Shown: piece by piece, positions 62,848 to 64,000 of the stretch
How positions within the stretch are numbered: the stretch's first letter is position 1
How the letters are laid out: every line of letters begins with the position of its first letter
Source of the DNA: Candidatus Latescibacterota bacterium
GTDB taxonomy: Bacteria > Latescibacterota > UBA2968 > UBA8231
Length of the DNA: 64,000 nt
Assembly: GCA_965197905.1 (NCBI GenBank)
Contig: CBDAOB010000005.1
Coordinates: forward strand, 1,344,001 to 1,408,000
Direction: 5' to 3'
Position numbers and translations under genes: made by a program
The notes under the pieces: model-generated
The model's database searches: none
Told to the model about the DNA's origin: nothing
What the model saw: the letters and a program-made list of their open reading frames with translations, nothing else

Positions 62848-63975
62848 GTGACCACGTTTCAGATCGTCTTGCTGGCCACGGCCGCCTTTTACCTGGGGGC
62901 CGTTTTGTGGTTGAGACGCGGGCTTTCCCGAACGACCGCCGGCAGCGCGCCGGAGACGCCAGCCGTTAGCATTCTGGTGGCGGCGCGCAACGAGGAAACA
63001 CATATCCAGGCATGCCTGGACGCCCTGCGGCGGCAGGAGTACGCAGGCGAGCTGGAAGTGATTGTTGTCAATGATCGGTCCCAAGACCGAACCGCGGCGT
63101 TGATTTCCGCAGCGGCCCGGAATTGGCCCCAGCTCCAGCTGGTGGAAGCCCCCTCAGAGCCGCGGTTTAGCTGCCCGAAGAAAAGCGCCTTGGCTGCGGG
63201 CATAGAGCGGAGTTCCGGGGACCTGCTGCTTTTCACCGATGCCGATTGTCAGCCGCCCCCTGGCTGGGTCCGTAGTACGGTGGCCCAGTTCGAGCCGGTG
63301 GTCGGATTGGTAGCCGGCTACGCCTACTTCCCGCGACCGCACCTGCTAAGGCACAAGCTCTTGGCGCTCGACAACCTTGCAGTAGGCGCGTTGGGCGCCG
63401 GAAGCCTGGGGATGGGTGCGGCGCTGTCGGCAACCGGCCGCAATCTGGCTTACCGCCGCGAGGTGTATGACGAACTCGGCGGCTTCGCGAAGATCGGACA
63501 TCTGACAGGGGGAGATGATGTCTACTTCGCCAGACTGGTTGGCCACTGGACCGAGTGGCAGATGCGATTCAACCGCTCCGGGGAGGCCGCCATTCCGAAT
63601 GCGTTGCCCTCCCGCAGATGGAGTGAAATTCTTCAGCAGAAGCTACGGCATGCGGGCAAGGCCGGGCACTACCGGGGTGGGGCCAGGGTGTTGGGATCGG
63701 TGATCTACCTGTTTCACGTCTGTCTCGCCATCGGCATGATACAGTGGGCGTTCTATGGTGATGCAACCGCCGCGGTGGTCTGGTGTTGCCGAACCTCGGC
63801 CCATTTCGCCCTACTTTGGCGGTTTGCGGAACGAGCCGAACGTCGCCTCCTGTTTCACCTGCCGTTGTTGGAATTGTTGTACATTCCATACATTCTAATC
63901 TTCACCCTGCTCGGTTGGGCGGGGCGGTACAGCTGGAAACCACCCGCCGAACTTCAACAGCTTGCAGAGGTTTAA
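62848..63975 (+). CDS. Glycosyltransferase family 2
   Basis: VSILVAARNEE, VNDRSQD, FTDADC, GDD, QKLRH. Confidence 0.92.
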   Translation: MTTFQIVLLATAAFYLGAVLWLRRGLSRTTAGSAPETPAVSILVAARNEETHIQACLDALRRQEYAGELEVIVVNDRSQDRTAALISAAARNWPQLQLVEAPSEPRFSCPKKSALAAGIERSSGDLLLFTDADCQPPPGWVRSTVAQFEPVVGLVAGYAYFPRPHLLRHKLLALDNLAVGALGAGSLGMGAALSATGRNLAYRREVYDELGGFAKIGHLTGGDDVYFARLVGHWTEWQMRFNRSGEAAIPNALPSRRWSEILQQKLRHAGKAGHYRGGARVLGSVIYLFHVCLAIGMIQWAFYGDATAAVVWCCRTSAHFALLWRFAERAERRLLFHLPLLELLYIPYILIFTLLGWAGRYSWKPPAELQQLAEV

Positions 63976-64000
63976 TGGCCTTTCTCTTTTCGCCCTCTTC

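Overview
Bacterial DNA in two parts. Bases 52555-64000 look like core genome: tRNA-Thr(CGT), a stand-alone ftsA, a response regulator, an outer-membrane protein, an unknown repeat protein, ssb, a membrane protein, eno, a Wzi-like protein and a GT2. Bases ~436-52555 are a ~52-kb mosaic genomic island at the tRNA-Thr 3' end, bounded by two homologous hairpin+TTATTGGAG ends. The gene content (several PhyH dioxygenases, GH42-like proteins, a large Dx[DN]xDG protein) suggests a Latescibacterota/Poribacteria-like host; this is inference only. The main structure that the ORF track does not show is an integron gene-cassette array on the minus strand (9302-22019) with nine attC sites and no intI in the window. 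Eight of the attC sites form a 120-127-bp family with a short R''-L'' spacer and a conserved central GGCGAA motif. In each of the nine cassettes the 5' core site matches the cassette's own inverse core (7/7 in seven, 6/7 in two), the footprint of real cassette excision and integration. The island also carries four co-oriented 3'-end remnants of an IS91/ISCR element (two directly upstream of tandem GH42-like genes), stacked excisionase/arm-repeat/tRNA-fragment modules, IS3/IS110/IS630 remnants and many truncated or fused genes. Several frameshifts fall in short homopolymers and may be sequencing errors. All calls were made by eye; no database searches were run.
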